Below are positions 1-8,885 of a stretch of DNA of 34,962 bases, piece by piece. Below the pieces are notes generated by a model, which ran no database searches, was not told the DNA's origin, and worked only from the letters and a program-made list of their open reading frames with translations. The DNA lies in contig JBGSNL010000056.1 in assembly GCA_041739675.1 (NCBI GenBank), positions 1 to 34,962 on the forward strand, written 5' to 3'. The DNA comes from a bacterium (GTDB taxonomy: Bacteria; UBA10199; 2-02-FULL-44-16; DYJF01). Both the position numbers and the translations under genes were made by a program. Numbering within the stretch: position 1 is the first letter of the stretch; each line of letters opens with the position of its first letter.

Positions 1-1
1 G

Positions 2-88
2 AAGGGCGCAGCACCGGGAGCGGCTCCGGCCAAGGGCGCAGCTCCGGCGGCCGGTGAGGCCAAGGGCGGCGAAAAAGGCAAGAAGTAG
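2..88 (+). CDS. rplY: 3' end of a gene truncated by the window, probably 50S ribosomal protein L25/Ctc (Ala/Pro/Lys/Gly-rich tail)
   Basis: Frame from position 2 reads KGAAPGAAPAKGAAPAAGEAKGGEKGKK* (TAG 86-88). Identity inferred from the low-complexity tail and the conserved rplY-pth order. Confidence 0.6.
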   Translation, partial: KGAAPGAAPAKGAAPAAGEAKGGEKGKK

Positions 89-102
89 AGGCGAGATTTA
101 TC

Positions 103-660
103 GTGAAACTCATCTGCGGACTTGGAAATCCCGGCCGTGCGTATGCAAAGCACAGGCACAATATTGGGTTCTTGATAGTAGATGAGTTGGCCGGACGGCT
201 TGGCATTGAGATTTCAAAGAAGGCGTTCGGGGCAAAGATGGGAATCGGGAAATTTGACGGCGAACCGGTTATTTTGGCAAAGCCCCAGACGTTCATGAAT
301 CTTTCGGGAAATGCAGTGTCGCCGCTGGCGGGTTTTTACAAATGCTCTTTCAAAGATCTGATTGTGATTCACGATGATATCGATCTGGATGCCGGTCGTC
401 TGAAGTTGTCGCTGGGCTCCGGCCACGGCGGCCACAACGGCGTGAAATCTATAATCGACGAACTGGGCGGCAACGGGTTTTACAGGATTCGCGTGGGAGT
501 GGGGCGCCCGCCGGCAGGAATGGATCCTGCGGATTACGTTCTGCATCCGTTTTCGAAAGAGGAGAAGGAAAAGGTTCAAGAGATTGTGGCCGAGGCGGCA
601 AATGCCGTCGAAGAGCTGATAAAAAAAGGTTTGGAGTCTGCACAGCAGAAATATCATTGA
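103..660 (+). CDS. pth: Peptidyl-tRNA hydrolase
   Basis: GLGNPG, RHNIG, KPQTFMNLSG, HDDID and GGHNG motifs; GTG start. Confidence 0.97.
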   Translation: MKLICGLGNPGRAYAKHRHNIGFLIVDELAGRLGIEISKKAFGAKMGIGKFDGEPVILAKPQTFMNLSGNAVSPLAGFYKCSFKDLIVIHDDIDLDAGRLKLSLGSGHGGHNGVKSIIDELGGNGFYRIRVGVGRPPAGMDPADYVLHPFSKEEKEKVQEIVAEAANAVEELIKKGLESAQQKYH

Positions 661-671
661 AGGAGGAATAA

Positions 672-1109
672 ATGAGAGAGTATGAAACGGTCTACATCGC
701 GCAGCCGCAACTGACGGATGCGCAGGTGTCCCAGCTGAACACAAGGCTCAAGAGTCTGATAGAAAAGCACGACGGACGTCTTTTCTACGCCAGGAGCCTG
801 GGAAAGAAAAATCTCGCCTATCGCATCAAGAAGCAGACGAAGGGCATCTATTTCTGCCTTGATTACACTGCCGCAGGCGGGTGTATCACCGAGCTTGAGC
901 GGAGCTTAATGCTCGATGAGAACATTCTGCGTTTCTTAACCGTCGTGAAGGCGGAAAAGGTGGACGTCGAGGCGCGCGCGGCCGAGATTGAAGCGCGCGG
1001 CGAGGCTTTGCACGTCACCGAGGAAAAAGAGGGTGCCCCGAAGGTCGCAGTCGAGGTGGCAGCCGAGGTAGCAGTTGAAACAGTTAAAGCGTCATCGAAG
1101 GAGGAATAA
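672..1109 (+). CDS. rpsF: 30S ribosomal protein S6
   Basis: [20 protein letters not shown] and ILRFL; AGGAGG RBS; Glu/Ala/Val-rich C-terminal extension. Confidence 0.95.
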   Translation: MREYETVYIAQPQLTDAQVSQLNTRLKSLIEKHDGRLFYARSLGKKNLAYRIKKQTKGIYFCLDYTAAGGCITELERSLMLDENILRFLTVVKAEKVDVEARAAEIEARGEALHVTEEKEGAPKVAVEVAAEVAVETVKASSKEE

Positions 1110-1111
1110 AA

Positions 1112-1444
1112 ATGTTCGAAGAATTTGGAAGAAAAGGCGGAAGAGGCGGCGGAAGGGGCGGAAGAAAAACTGACGACAAAAAGGAGAGGCGCGGCAAGGA
1201 AAAAAAGTTTCAGCTCTCCATGAGGCGCAAGGTCTGCCGTTTCTGCGCCGACAAGAAGCTCTCGGTGGATTACAAAGACGCAAAATTTTTGCAGGCGTTT
1301 TTATCCGAGCGCGGCCGCATCATTCCGCGCAGGATCAACGGTAATTGCGCAAAGCATCAGCGCGAAGTGAACGCCGCAATCAAGCGCGCAAGGATATTGG
1401 CGTTCATTCCGTTCACTACATCACAGGTTCCGCTGGCGATATGA
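1112..1444 (+). CDS. rpsR: 30S ribosomal protein S18 (Zn-binding form)
   Basis: [31 protein letters not shown] and AIKRAR; AAGGAGG RBS. Confidence 0.96.
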   Translation: MFEEFGRKGGRGGGRGGRKTDDKKERRGKEKKFQLSMRRKVCRFCADKKLSVDYKDAKFLQAFLSERGRIIPRRINGNCAKHQREVNAAIKRARILAFIPFTTSQVPLAI

Positions 1445-2478
1445 CGACAGAAGGAATTCCACTCAAGCCTCGCTCGATCGGCATGGGGGCGCTGATAGCG
1501 GTCTGCCTCTATGTCAGCGGGCTTCTGGTCATCCTGACTCCACTGCCGCTGGTTTACGTTTCGGCGACGGCAGGAAGAAAGAACGGGATCGCTTCAGCTG
1601 TTTTGTCTTTCATCCTTGTGGCTGCGCTTTACATCGTCACGTCCCTTGTTTCCCCCATTGCGATTCCTCTGCCCGGCCTGGGGCTGGCGACTCATTTCTC
1701 TGCTCTGGCGTTGCAGGTTTTCGGCGGGGGATATTTTCTGTTTTTCACTGTCATCGCACTCGCGCTGGGCGAAGCGGTCCGCAGCCACTGGGGGCTTGTG
1801 AGAGGCGGAGGCGTGGCTCTAGCCTGCGGTCTTGGTTTTGCGCTTCTCCTGGTGATTATCATTCATTTCGCCGGGACCTTTCATCTCCTGACGGCGGTTA
1901 AAACTTATCTTGAAACGATGGTCGCGGAGATAGCCAAACTGCAACAGACCGCCGGAGTTTCAAATGTGCAGACGGCGCTTCTCACCGAACACGGCGCTGA
2001 AGTCGCCTCGTTTGTATTCTACGTGATACCGTCCCTGGTTTTTGTTTTTGCGCTTCTGGCCGTAGTCGTGAACCTGCTTTTTTCGCGCCGGTTCATACGC
2101 ATGCCGCACCTCTTTTCCGGTCATTCGTGGGACGTGGCGGCGTTCCGGATTTCAGATGTGGTCATCTGGGCGGTGATAGCGGCGGCCAGCGCCTTCTTTG
2201 CGGGCAGATACCTCGTTCATATCGAATGGCTGGAATTTGCGGGAATTAACGCGATCATAGCGCTGGCTGCTCTATATTTTTTCCAGGGGCTCGCCGTTAC
2301 CGCGTTCTTTTTGAGAAGGATACGCATGCCGCTTTTGAGGATCGCGGCATACATTGTTATTATCCTGTTTTTTCAAACGGTTGGCCTTCTCATCGTGGCG
2401 TTGGGGCTGGCCGATGTCTGGGTCGATTTCAGGCGGCGTGCGCACAGGGCGCACCCGTTGCCACATCCGGAAGAATGA
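1441..2478 (+). CDS. DUF2232/YybS-family membrane protein
   Basis: Polytopic hydrophobic protein with YFFQGLAV and [10 protein letters not shown]; typical position between rpsR and rplI. ATG 1441 overlaps the rpsR stop (ATGA) and is preferred to the ORF-track start at 1345. Confidence 0.85.
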   Translation: MTTEGIPLKPRSIGMGALIAVCLYVSGLLVILTPLPLVYVSATAGRKNGIASAVLSFILVAALYIVTSLVSPIAIPLPGLGLATHFSALALQVFGGGYFLFFTVIALALGEAVRSHWGLVRGGGVALACGLGFALLLVIIIHFAGTFHLLTAVKTYLETMVAEIAKLQQTAGVSNVQTALLTEHGAEVASFVFYVIPSLVFVFALLAVVVNLLFSRRFIRMPHLFSGHSWDVAAFRISDVVIWAVIAAASAFFAGRYLVHIEWLEFAGINAIIALAALYFFQGLAVTAFFLRRIRMPLLRIAAYIVIILFFQTVGLLIVALGLADVWVDFRRRAHRAHPLPHPEE

Positions 2479-2533
2479 AGTTGTTGTAAATTGAAACCAA
2501 AAGCGATAAGCGAAGACATCGATTGGAGGAGCT

Positions 2534-2977
2534 ATGCAAGTTATATTGACGATTGACATTCCATCTCTGGGCAAGGCGGGCGAGATAGTCGAGGTCCGCG
2601 AGGGATACGGCAGAAATTTTCTGCTCCCGCAGAAAAAAGCGGTGTTGGCCGACCCCAAGAACATAAAGATGCTGGAGCATCAGAAACGCGTGGTCACATC
2701 GAAGCAGGCGAAGCTTAAGAGGCACGCCGAGGAGCTCTTGACGAAGCTTTCCTCCACGTCGATCACGATTGCGCGCGACGCGGGCGAGGACGACAAGCTC
2801 TTCGGTTCGGTCACGACAAAAGACATAGCCGACTCGCTCCGCCGGGAAGGTTTTGAGATCGACAGGCATTACATCCATCTCGACGCTCCGATAAAAAGTC
2901 TCGGCGTCTTTGAAATTCCCGTGAAACTGCACGCGGAAGTGCAGGGAAACATTAAGGTGTGGGTTGTAAAAAAATAA
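2534..2977 (+). CDS. rplI: 50S ribosomal protein L9
   Basis: LGKAGEIVEVREGYGRNFLLP, KLFGSVT and PIKSLG; GGAGG RBS. Confidence 0.97.
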   Translation: MQVILTIDIPSLGKAGEIVEVREGYGRNFLLPQKKAVLADPKNIKMLEHQKRVVTSKQAKLKRHAEELLTKLSSTSITIARDAGEDDKLFGSVTTKDIADSLRREGFEIDRHYIHLDAPIKSLGVFEIPVKLHAEVQGNIKVWVVKK

Positions 2978-2978
2978 A

Positions 2979-4370
2979 ATGGCAGAAAACGTAAAATTGC
3001 CGCCGCAGCACATAGAGGCCGAGCAGTCGGTTTTGGGCGGCATGCTGCTTCAGAACGACGCCATTCACCGTGTCGTTGAAATCCTCCGCCCGGAGGATTT
3101 TTACCGCGACGCGCATCGCCAGATATTCCAGGCGATCATCGAACTTTATCAGAAAAACGAACCGGCCGATCTTGTCACCGTGACAAACGTGCTAAAGAAA
3201 AACGGCGTGTTAGACCAGGTCGGTGGCGCAAGTTACCTCTCGGAGCTGGTGGACCATGTCCCCACGGCGGCCAACGTTGCGGCGTACGGGAAGATCATAC
3301 GCGAGAAAGCGGTCGTGAGGCACCTGATCACCGGCGCCACCGATATCGTCTCAAGGGGATATGAGGATCAGGGAAACGTCGACGAGTATCTGGACAAGGC
3401 CGAGCAGATCATCTTTGAAATAGCGCAGAGGCGCATCCATCAGGGATTCCATCCGTTAAAGGACATAGTCCGCGACAGCTTCAAGGCGATCGAGACACTC
3501 TACGAGAAAAAAGAGCTCATAACCGGCGTGCCTACGGGCTACCGCGATCTGGACAGGATGACCTGCGGACTGCAGAAATCGGATCTCATCGTGATTGCCG
3601 GAAGGCCCTCCATGGGCAAGACCGCGCTGGCGCTCAACATCGTCGAGCATGCGGCCGTGGAAGCCGGTATTGTCTCGGCGGTCTTCTCTCTGGAAATGTC
3701 AAAAGAGCAGCTCGTGCAGAGAATGCTCTGCTCGCGCGCGGAAGTTGACGCCTCCAAGCTGCGCGGCGGATTTTTGGCCGAGAGCGATTGGCCGAGGCTC
3801 ACTCGGGCCGCGGGTCTTCTCTCCGAGGCCCCCATCTATATCGACGATTCGCCGATGCTCAATGTCCTTGAGGTCCGCGCGAAGGCAAGGCGCCTGCAGC
3901 GCGAACACGGGCTGGGTCTGGTCGTCGTGGATTATCTGCAGCTCATGCGTTCAGTGGGAAAGTCGGAGAGCAGAGAGCGCGAGATCTCTGAAATATCAAG
4001 ATCGCTCAAGGCGCTGGCGAAAGAGATTTCGATTCCGGTCATCGCCCTTTCACAGCTCAACCGCGGCGTCGAGGCTCGTCAGGACAAGCGCCCGCAACTT
4101 TCCGATCTCAGGGAATCCGGCGCCATCGAGCAGGACGCCGACGTAATCGCGTTCATCTATCGCGACGAGATGTATCATCCTGAAAGTTCCGATGCCGGCA
4201 AGGCAGAGGTGATCATCGGTAAACAGCGTAACGGTCCCACCGGCCGCGTGATGCTAACTTTCAGAAGCAACCTCACGCGCTTTGACGATCTGGCTCACGG
4301 CACGGACGCTTACGTCGTGCCGCAGTCGCAGCCCGCCCAGTTCGCAGAAGAAGAAGGGGAACCTTTCTAG
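2979..4370 (+). CDS. dnaB: Replicative DNA helicase (no intein)
   Basis: PPQHIEAEQSVLG, Walker A GRPSMGKT, VDYLQL, LSQLNR, DLRESGAIEQDAD and KQRNGPTG; 463 aa. Confidence 0.98.
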   Translation: MAENVKLPPQHIEAEQSVLGGMLLQNDAIHRVVEILRPEDFYRDAHRQIFQAIIELYQKNEPADLVTVTNVLKKNGVLDQVGGASYLSELVDHVPTAANVAAYGKIIREKAVVRHLITGATDIVSRGYEDQGNVDEYLDKAEQIIFEIAQRRIHQGFHPLKDIVRDSFKAIETLYEKKELITGVPTGYRDLDRMTCGLQKSDLIVIAGRPSMGKTALALNIVEHAAVEAGIVSAVFSLEMSKEQLVQRMLCSRAEVDASKLRGGFLAESDWPRLTRAAGLLSEAPIYIDDSPMLNVLEVRAKARRLQREHGLGLVVVDYLQLMRSVGKSESREREISEISRSLKALAKEISIPVIALSQLNRGVEARQDKRPQLSDLRESGAIEQDADVIAFIYRDEMYHPESSDAGKAEVIIGKQRNGPTGRVMLTFRSNLTRFDDLAHGTDAYVVPQSQPAQFAEEEGEPF

Positions 4371-5020
4371 TAGTGCACTCCGACGAAAGCCATTGCGGAA
4401 AACTGCGGATAGAAGCCGCCCTTGTAGATGAGCACGTTCGGGACATCGACACCGCCCACATTCAGGGTCTGGTAGACATCCTTGAAAAAGACGAGATCCT
4501 CCTGAACGTTAAATCCGAAGAAGATATATTTTTTGACTATAAAGGAGAGACCGCCTCCGAACGAGGGGCCCCAGCCGAATGTCGTGATCGCCTTGTCAGA
4601 CGACGAAGGATCGCCGGGGAGTGAGGCCACCCTGAACGACAGGCCGCCTTTGAGCGTGGGCAGAATTCTCAATGTGTCGAAATCTGTCAGCGCGTCGAGG
4701 ATGAAGGAATATCTGCCGTACACGTTGGCGCTGACCAGATGCTCGCGCGTATCGTTAAGCTTGGCGGTGGAGTAGCGTCCCTCAATTTCCGCGGAGAAGC
4801 TGTCCCAGACGTTCCAGCCGAAGATGAGGCCGACCGCCGGATCGTATGCGTGGCCGATTTCATCGCCCGTATTCTCGTCACGGTCGAAAGTGGCCTGGAT
4901 GACGCCGCCCTCCAGGACCAGATACGGACCGGTGTTGAACCCTTTGAGAGGACGCGCCCATGAATTCGCGCTTACCATCATGGCGGCAATAAGACATGTG
5001 GTGCATACAAGATATTTCAC
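4367..5020 (-). CDS. Putative outer-membrane beta-barrel protein of unknown family (paralogue of 8886-9572)
   Basis: Signal peptide ending ANSWA, alternating amphipathic strands, terminal aromatic residue (FVGVHY); GTG start. Confidence 0.75.
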   Translation of the reverse strand: MKYLVCTTCLIAAMMVSANSWARPLKGFNTGPYLVLEGGVIQATFDRDENTGDEIGHAYDPAVGLIFGWNVWDSFSAEIEGRYSTAKLNDTREHLVSANVYGRYSFILDALTDFDTLRILPTLKGGLSFRVASLPGDPSSSDKAITTFGWGPSFGGGLSFIVKKYIFFGFNVQEDLVFFKDVYQTLNVGGVDVPNVLIYKGGFYPQFSAMAFVGVHY

Positions 5021-5027
5021 AGTGCAA

Positions 5028-5055
5028 TTTGTAGCATGCGCAGGGAAAAGTGCAA
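5028..5055 (-). promoter_or_regulatory. Candidate sigma70 promoter for the barrel gene: TTGCAC-16 nt-TACAAA with extended TG
   Basis: Minus strand reads ttgcac ttttccctgcgcatgc tacaaa ttgcact GTG; imperfect -10. Confidence 0.35.
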
Positions 5056-5059
5056 CTGG

Positions 5060-5210
5060 AGAGAGCGTGCAATGGGCAAAGTCCGGACGCTCTCGGCCAA
5101 CTCTTCTCGTCTCTCTCCAACGCCCATAATCTGGCGAGTTTCAGCCAAGCCGAGAGACTGCGAAGAGTTGCCCTACGCCTCCGGACTTTGCCGCAGCCCC
5201 CGCACTCTCT
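5060..5210. repeat. About 150-nt imperfect inverted repeat (long rod-like hairpin); ncRNA or MITE/REP-like element
   Basis: Nested stems: 5060-5070/5202-5210, perfect 13 bp 5075-5087/5180-5192, 9 bp 5098-5106/5162-5170, 7 bp 5109-5115/5152-5158 and 4 bp 5121-5124/5133-5136. Confidence 0.7.
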
Positions 5211-5248
5211 ACTTGATTCTTCCTCAGGTTATATGTGAATCTCTTTGC

Positions 5249-5839
5249 ATGGAACTTGTCGTTGCCACGAAAAATAAGGGTAAGCTCGTCGAAATCATGG
5301 ATCTGCTGAAGGGATTGCCGATTCAGGTCTCTTCGCTTCTCGACTATCCCGAAATCGGAGATATCGAAGAGGACGGCGAGACATTTCTCGATAACGCCAG
5401 AAAGAAGGCGCGCTTTGCCGTCGTGAAAACCGGCAAATGGGTGCTGGCTGACGACAGCGGGCTTGTCGTAGAGGCGCTGGGCGGAGAGCCGGGTGTCAAA
5501 TCCGCAAGGTACGCCGGCAAACAGGGCGATCACGTGGCGAACAATAAGAAGCTCATCGAAGCGATGAAAGACGTCCCCGACGGAAAAAGACAGGCCCACT
5601 TTACGTGTACGATGGTCCTCGCGGCGCCGGACGGGCGCGAATGGGACATTGAAGAGAGATGCGAAGGAGAGATAGGTCGCGGTTTGAAGGGAAACGAGGG
5701 GTTCGGATTCGATCCGTTATTTTATATTGCGCAAAAAAAGCGCACCATGGCTGAGCTGCCGCTCAAGGAGAAGAACGAGATAAGCCACCGCGGGAAGGCC
5801 CTGCGCCATATGCGGCGCATATTGGAGGGCCTAATATAG
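5249..5839 (+). CDS. rdgB: dITP/XTP pyrophosphatase (Ham1 family)
   Basis: ATKNKGK, TFLDNARKKA, DDSGL, PGVKSARY, GFGFDP and SHR. Start reset to ATG 5249 because the ORF-track extension runs through the hairpin. Confidence 0.95.
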   Translation: MELVVATKNKGKLVEIMDLLKGLPIQVSSLLDYPEIGDIEEDGETFLDNARKKARFAVVKTGKWVLADDSGLVVEALGGEPGVKSARYAGKQGDHVANNKKLIEAMKDVPDGKRQAHFTCTMVLAAPDGREWDIEERCEGEIGRGLKGNEGFGFDPLFYIAQKKRTMAELPLKEKNEISHRGKALRHMRRILEGLI

Positions 5840-5887
5840 ATCATTGCGTTTTCGCGCGGCTGTTGCTAATTGTTCGTCCTTGAATTT

Positions 5888-5963
5888 CGGGGTGTAGCTC
5901 AGCCTGGACTAGAGCACCTGCCTTGGGCGCAGGTGGTCGGAGGTTCGAATCCTCTCACCCCGA
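5888..5963 (+). tRNA. tRNA-Pro(TGG), CCA not encoded
   Basis: Acceptor stem CGGGGTG/CACCCCG, anticodon stem CCTGC/GCAGG with loop CT-TGG-GC, GTTCGAATC T-loop, discriminator A5963. Confidence 0.95.
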
Positions 5964-6001
5964 CATGAAAATTGCCCGCCACCAAGACTTCGGCGGGCTG
6001 T

Positions 6002-6078
6002 GCGCCCGTAGCTCAGTTGGATAGAGCACCTGCCTTCTAAGCAGGACGTCGCCTGTTCGAGTCAGGCCGGGCGCGCCA
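6002..6078 (+). tRNA. tRNA-Arg(TCT), CCA encoded
   Basis: Acceptor stem GCGCCCG/CGGGCGC, anticodon stem CCTGC/GCAGG with loop CT-TCT-AA, T arm GCCTG-TTCGAGT-CAGGC, 3' GCCA. Confidence 0.96.
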
Positions 6079-6085
6079 GATTGTT

Positions 6086-7459
6086 TTACAGTTCCTTGAA
6101 GGTCGAAGTGAAGTGTCTTATCCCCTTCGTTTCAACGTCGAAGGCCAGGCCCTTGGTGCGGTCCTTTTGCTTCTGATAAACTGTCGCCACCACATCGGCA
6201 ACGTAATCGAAATGCTCCTGCGTGTAGACGCGCCTCGGGATAGTGAGCCTGCAAAGGTCAAGCGCCGGCCGGATGTTTTTGCCGGTGTCCGCGTCTCTGC
6301 CTGCCAGACACGATCCCACTTCCACGGCCCTTACGCCGCCTTCCTTATAAAGCTCGACCGTGACAAGCTGGGCGGGGAACTGCTCTTCCGAAACGTTCGG
6401 GAAAAATCTGCGTCCGTCGATGAAAACGGCGTGTCCGCCGATCGGCGTGACTATGGGCACCTCGCGTTTTAAAAGCTCGCTCCCCAGATATGATGTCTGG
6501 CCGATGCGGTGGGCGAGATAGCTTTCCTCCACAACCTCGTAGAGTCCCTGCGCCATCGCGTCCATGTTCATGCCGCTCATGCCGCCGTACGTATAAAATC
6601 CCTCGAATAAAATATCGGTTGGCTTCATCTCCTCGTAGATTTTTTCGTCGCGGAGAGCAAGAAATCCCCCCATCGGGACCAGACCGTCCTTCTTGGCGGA
6701 CATCGTGCAGCCCTCGACATACGAGAACATCTCGCGCACAATTTGCCTTATGGTCTTGCCCTTGTAGCCGTTTTCCCTCTGTTGTATGAAGTAGGCGTTC
6801 TCCGCGAACCTCGCGGCGTCGAAGAAGAGACGAAGTTTTTTATCTCTGCAGAACGCGGCCACTTCTTTGATGTTCGCGAGCGACACAGGCTGGCCGCCGC
6901 CGGAGTTGCAGGTGATCGTTATCAGCACGTAGGATATTTTTTCGCGGCCGTATTTTTTGTACGCCTCTTCCAGAAGTTTCAGATCGACGTTTCCCTTGAA
7001 GGGATGCTCCGCGGTAGCGTCTCTGCCTTCCGCAATCGTGCAATCGACGGCGCGTCCGCCTCGGAATTCTATATGTGCGCGCGTGGTGTCGAAATGCGTG
7101 TTGCCGGGGACGACTTCACCTTCGTGGACGAGAGTGAAATCAAGGACCTGCTCGGCGGCGCGCCCCTGATGCACGGGAATGACGTGCGGTAGCCCCGTTA
7201 CTTCGCGGATCGCCTCTTCAAGCCTGAAAAAAGACGACGAGCCGGCATACGCCTCGTCGCCAGTCATCATCTTTGACCACTGCATCGCGCTCATGGCGCC
7301 GGTGCCGGAGTCGGTCAAAAGATCGATGTAGACGTCTTCGGCCTTCAGGCGGAAGAGATTGAGTCCCGCCTCGCGTATTTTTCTTTCACGCTCCTCGCGC
7401 GCTAAAAGCCTGATCGGCTCGACGACCTTGATTCGGTAGGGGACGATGTTTCGCGGCAT
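6086..7459 (-). CDS. tnaA: Tryptophanase (PLP beta-eliminating lyase)
   Basis: DLLTDSGT, GDEAY, HQGRAAE, DAARFAEN and PLP-lysine SAKKD. Tryptophanase-type residues HFDTT, RAVEVG and RHFT rather than tyrosine phenol-lyase FTTT, ERG and RFFT. ATG 7459 has an AGAGGAG RBS. Confidence 0.88.
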   Translation of the reverse strand: MPRNIVPYRIKVVEPIRLLAREERERKIREAGLNLFRLKAEDVYIDLLTDSGTGAMSAMQWSKMMTGDEAYAGSSSFFRLEEAIREVTGLPHVIPVHQGRAAEQVLDFTLVHEGEVVPGNTHFDTTRAHIEFRGGRAVDCTIAEGRDATAEHPFKGNVDLKLLEEAYKKYGREKISYVLITITCNSGGGQPVSLANIKEVAAFCRDKKLRLFFDAARFAENAYFIQQRENGYKGKTIRQIVREMFSYVEGCTMSAKKDGLVPMGGFLALRDEKIYEEMKPTDILFEGFYTYGGMSGMNMDAMAQGLYEVVEESYLAHRIGQTSYLGSELLKREVPIVTPIGGHAVFIDGRRFFPNVSEEQFPAQLVTVELYKEGGVRAVEVGSCLAGRDADTGKNIRPALDLCRLTIPRRVYTQEHFDYVADVVATVYQKQKDRTKGLAFDVETKGIRHFTSTFKEL

Positions 7460-7509
7460 ATCGGCGCTCCTCTTTCGACTTGCCGCTATAACAGGGCGGA
7501 AAAAGAATG

Positions 7510-8868
7510 TCACGCGCCTTCAGGCAGGGGCGAAGGAGGTGTTTTTTCAAAGGCCGTCAGGGTCGCCCGGTAGTCGAATTTGTCCATTATCCCGCGGCGC
7601 CTCTCAATGGCGTAGAAAACAGTTCCGATGAGCGTCCAGATTACAAGGGGTAGCGGGAGCGGATCGGGTATGTTAGCGTACACGATGATGAGTGCAATCA
7701 CGCTCACGGCGCCGGCAGCCACCACCCAGATTTTGTTGATTTTGTAAGGTACGAAATGCCAAAGCGTCTTGTTTACGAACGGCAGGCACATCATCGCCAT
7801 GCACTCGGTTGCATAAAGAATGATCATTGCCTGCATACTGATTCCGATGAGATAGCCCATCGTCTTTGTCCAGATGAGGGCAATTGCCAATATCAAGTTG
7901 ATTGTGAGGCTCACGTCCGGCGTGTTGAAACGCGCGTTGAGTCTTGAGAGGATGGACGGCGCAACACGGTCCTGCGCAAAAGCGTAGAGGATGCGCGACG
8001 GCACCATCATGCATGCGTTGATCGTCGTGAGAAAAGCCATGAGCGCGCCGGTCGTTACGATGACCGGTCCGACGCCTGCCGGTAAAAATGCCCGTGATGC
8101 GTTGACCAGAGGCGCTTGGGAGTTGATGAGCGCTTCAAAGGGAGTCGTCCCGAAGGCTACCATCGAGACGCCTAGATATATGGCGATCGCCGCGCAGATG
8201 CCAAAAACAAATATTTTCGGCAGGGCGTGCCTTGCGTCCTTCGTTTCCCCCGCCGTCTGGGAGAGGGCGTCGAAACCCGCATAGGCAAAGAATAGAACCG
8301 GCAGCGCCTTGAAAAATCCCGCCCATCCATGCGGCATGAACGGCGTCAAATTCGATGCCTTCACGGCATATATTCCCGGGAAGACAAGAAGGACGATCGC
8401 AAGGATCAGGACATAAAACATGGCGCTTTGCATCCGCCCGAACTGCTTTACCCCCGTGAGGTTGATGAGATAGAAAAGGACGAGACAGGCCGTTGCGGCG
8501 ATCCTGGGATCTAGCCCCGGTATAAACGCCTGAAGATAGCGGCCGACCGAAATTGCAAGCACGCTCAAGACGCCGAGATAAGTGACCCATGTGAGCCACA
8601 TCACGATGAACCCGATGAAGTGATTCTTGAACGTACGGCTGATGTGAATGTATGCGCCGCCGGTGATGTTTCCCAGCGGCGTGCTTTGAAAAATAATGTA
8701 CGGGAGTGCTAAAAGAAGCGTGACCGGGCCAAGAAGCAGATACGCGAGTATAGTTGCGGGACCGGCGTCCTTGCCCGCCTCCCCAATGGCCACAAATATG
8801 CCGGAGCCGACCATCATCCCGATAATTGTTGCGTAGTTATCGAGTTTTGAAAGGTCGCGCTTCAGCAT
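7510..8868 (-). CDS. APC-superfamily amino acid permease
   Basis: TM1 GMMVGSGIF, GGAY, TM6 FFAYAGFD, AGETKD and SRILYAFA; about 12 hydrophobic segments; AGGAG RBS. Confidence 0.92.
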   Translation of the reverse strand: MLKRDLSKLDNYATIIGMMVGSGIFVAIGEAGKDAGPATILAYLLLGPVTLLLALPYIIFQSTPLGNITGGAYIHISRTFKNHFIGFIVMWLTWVTYLGVLSVLAISVGRYLQAFIPGLDPRIAATACLVLFYLINLTGVKQFGRMQSAMFYVLILAIVLLVFPGIYAVKASNLTPFMPHGWAGFFKALPVLFFAYAGFDALSQTAGETKDARHALPKIFVFGICAAIAIYLGVSMVAFGTTPFEALINSQAPLVNASRAFLPAGVGPVIVTTGALMAFLTTINACMMVPSRILYAFAQDRVAPSILSRLNARFNTPDVSLTINLILAIALIWTKTMGYLIGISMQAMIILYATECMAMMCLPFVNKTLWHFVPYKINKIWVVAAGAVSVIALIIVYANIPDPLPLPLVIWTLIGTVFYAIERRRGIMDKFDYRATLTAFEKTPPSPLPEGA

Positions 8869-8885
8869 ATGAAACTCCTATTCGG

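Noticed and set aside
5036..5248. N-terminal extension of rdgB, or RNase P RNA at AAAGTCCGG
   Set aside because: Ham1 similarity starts at 5249. The spacer is too short for RNase P RNA, the GAGGAAAGTCC and ACAGAA...GGCTTA pairing is absent, and the motif is paired within the hairpin.
6002..6090. tRNA-Arg as an integration site for the downstream accessory genes
   Set aside because: No integrase and no duplicated tRNA 3' end were seen in the window; an old island cannot be excluded.
6086..7459. Tyrosine phenol-lyase assignment
   Set aside because: Diagnostic positions (FDTT, EVG, RHF) match tryptophanase rather than TPL.
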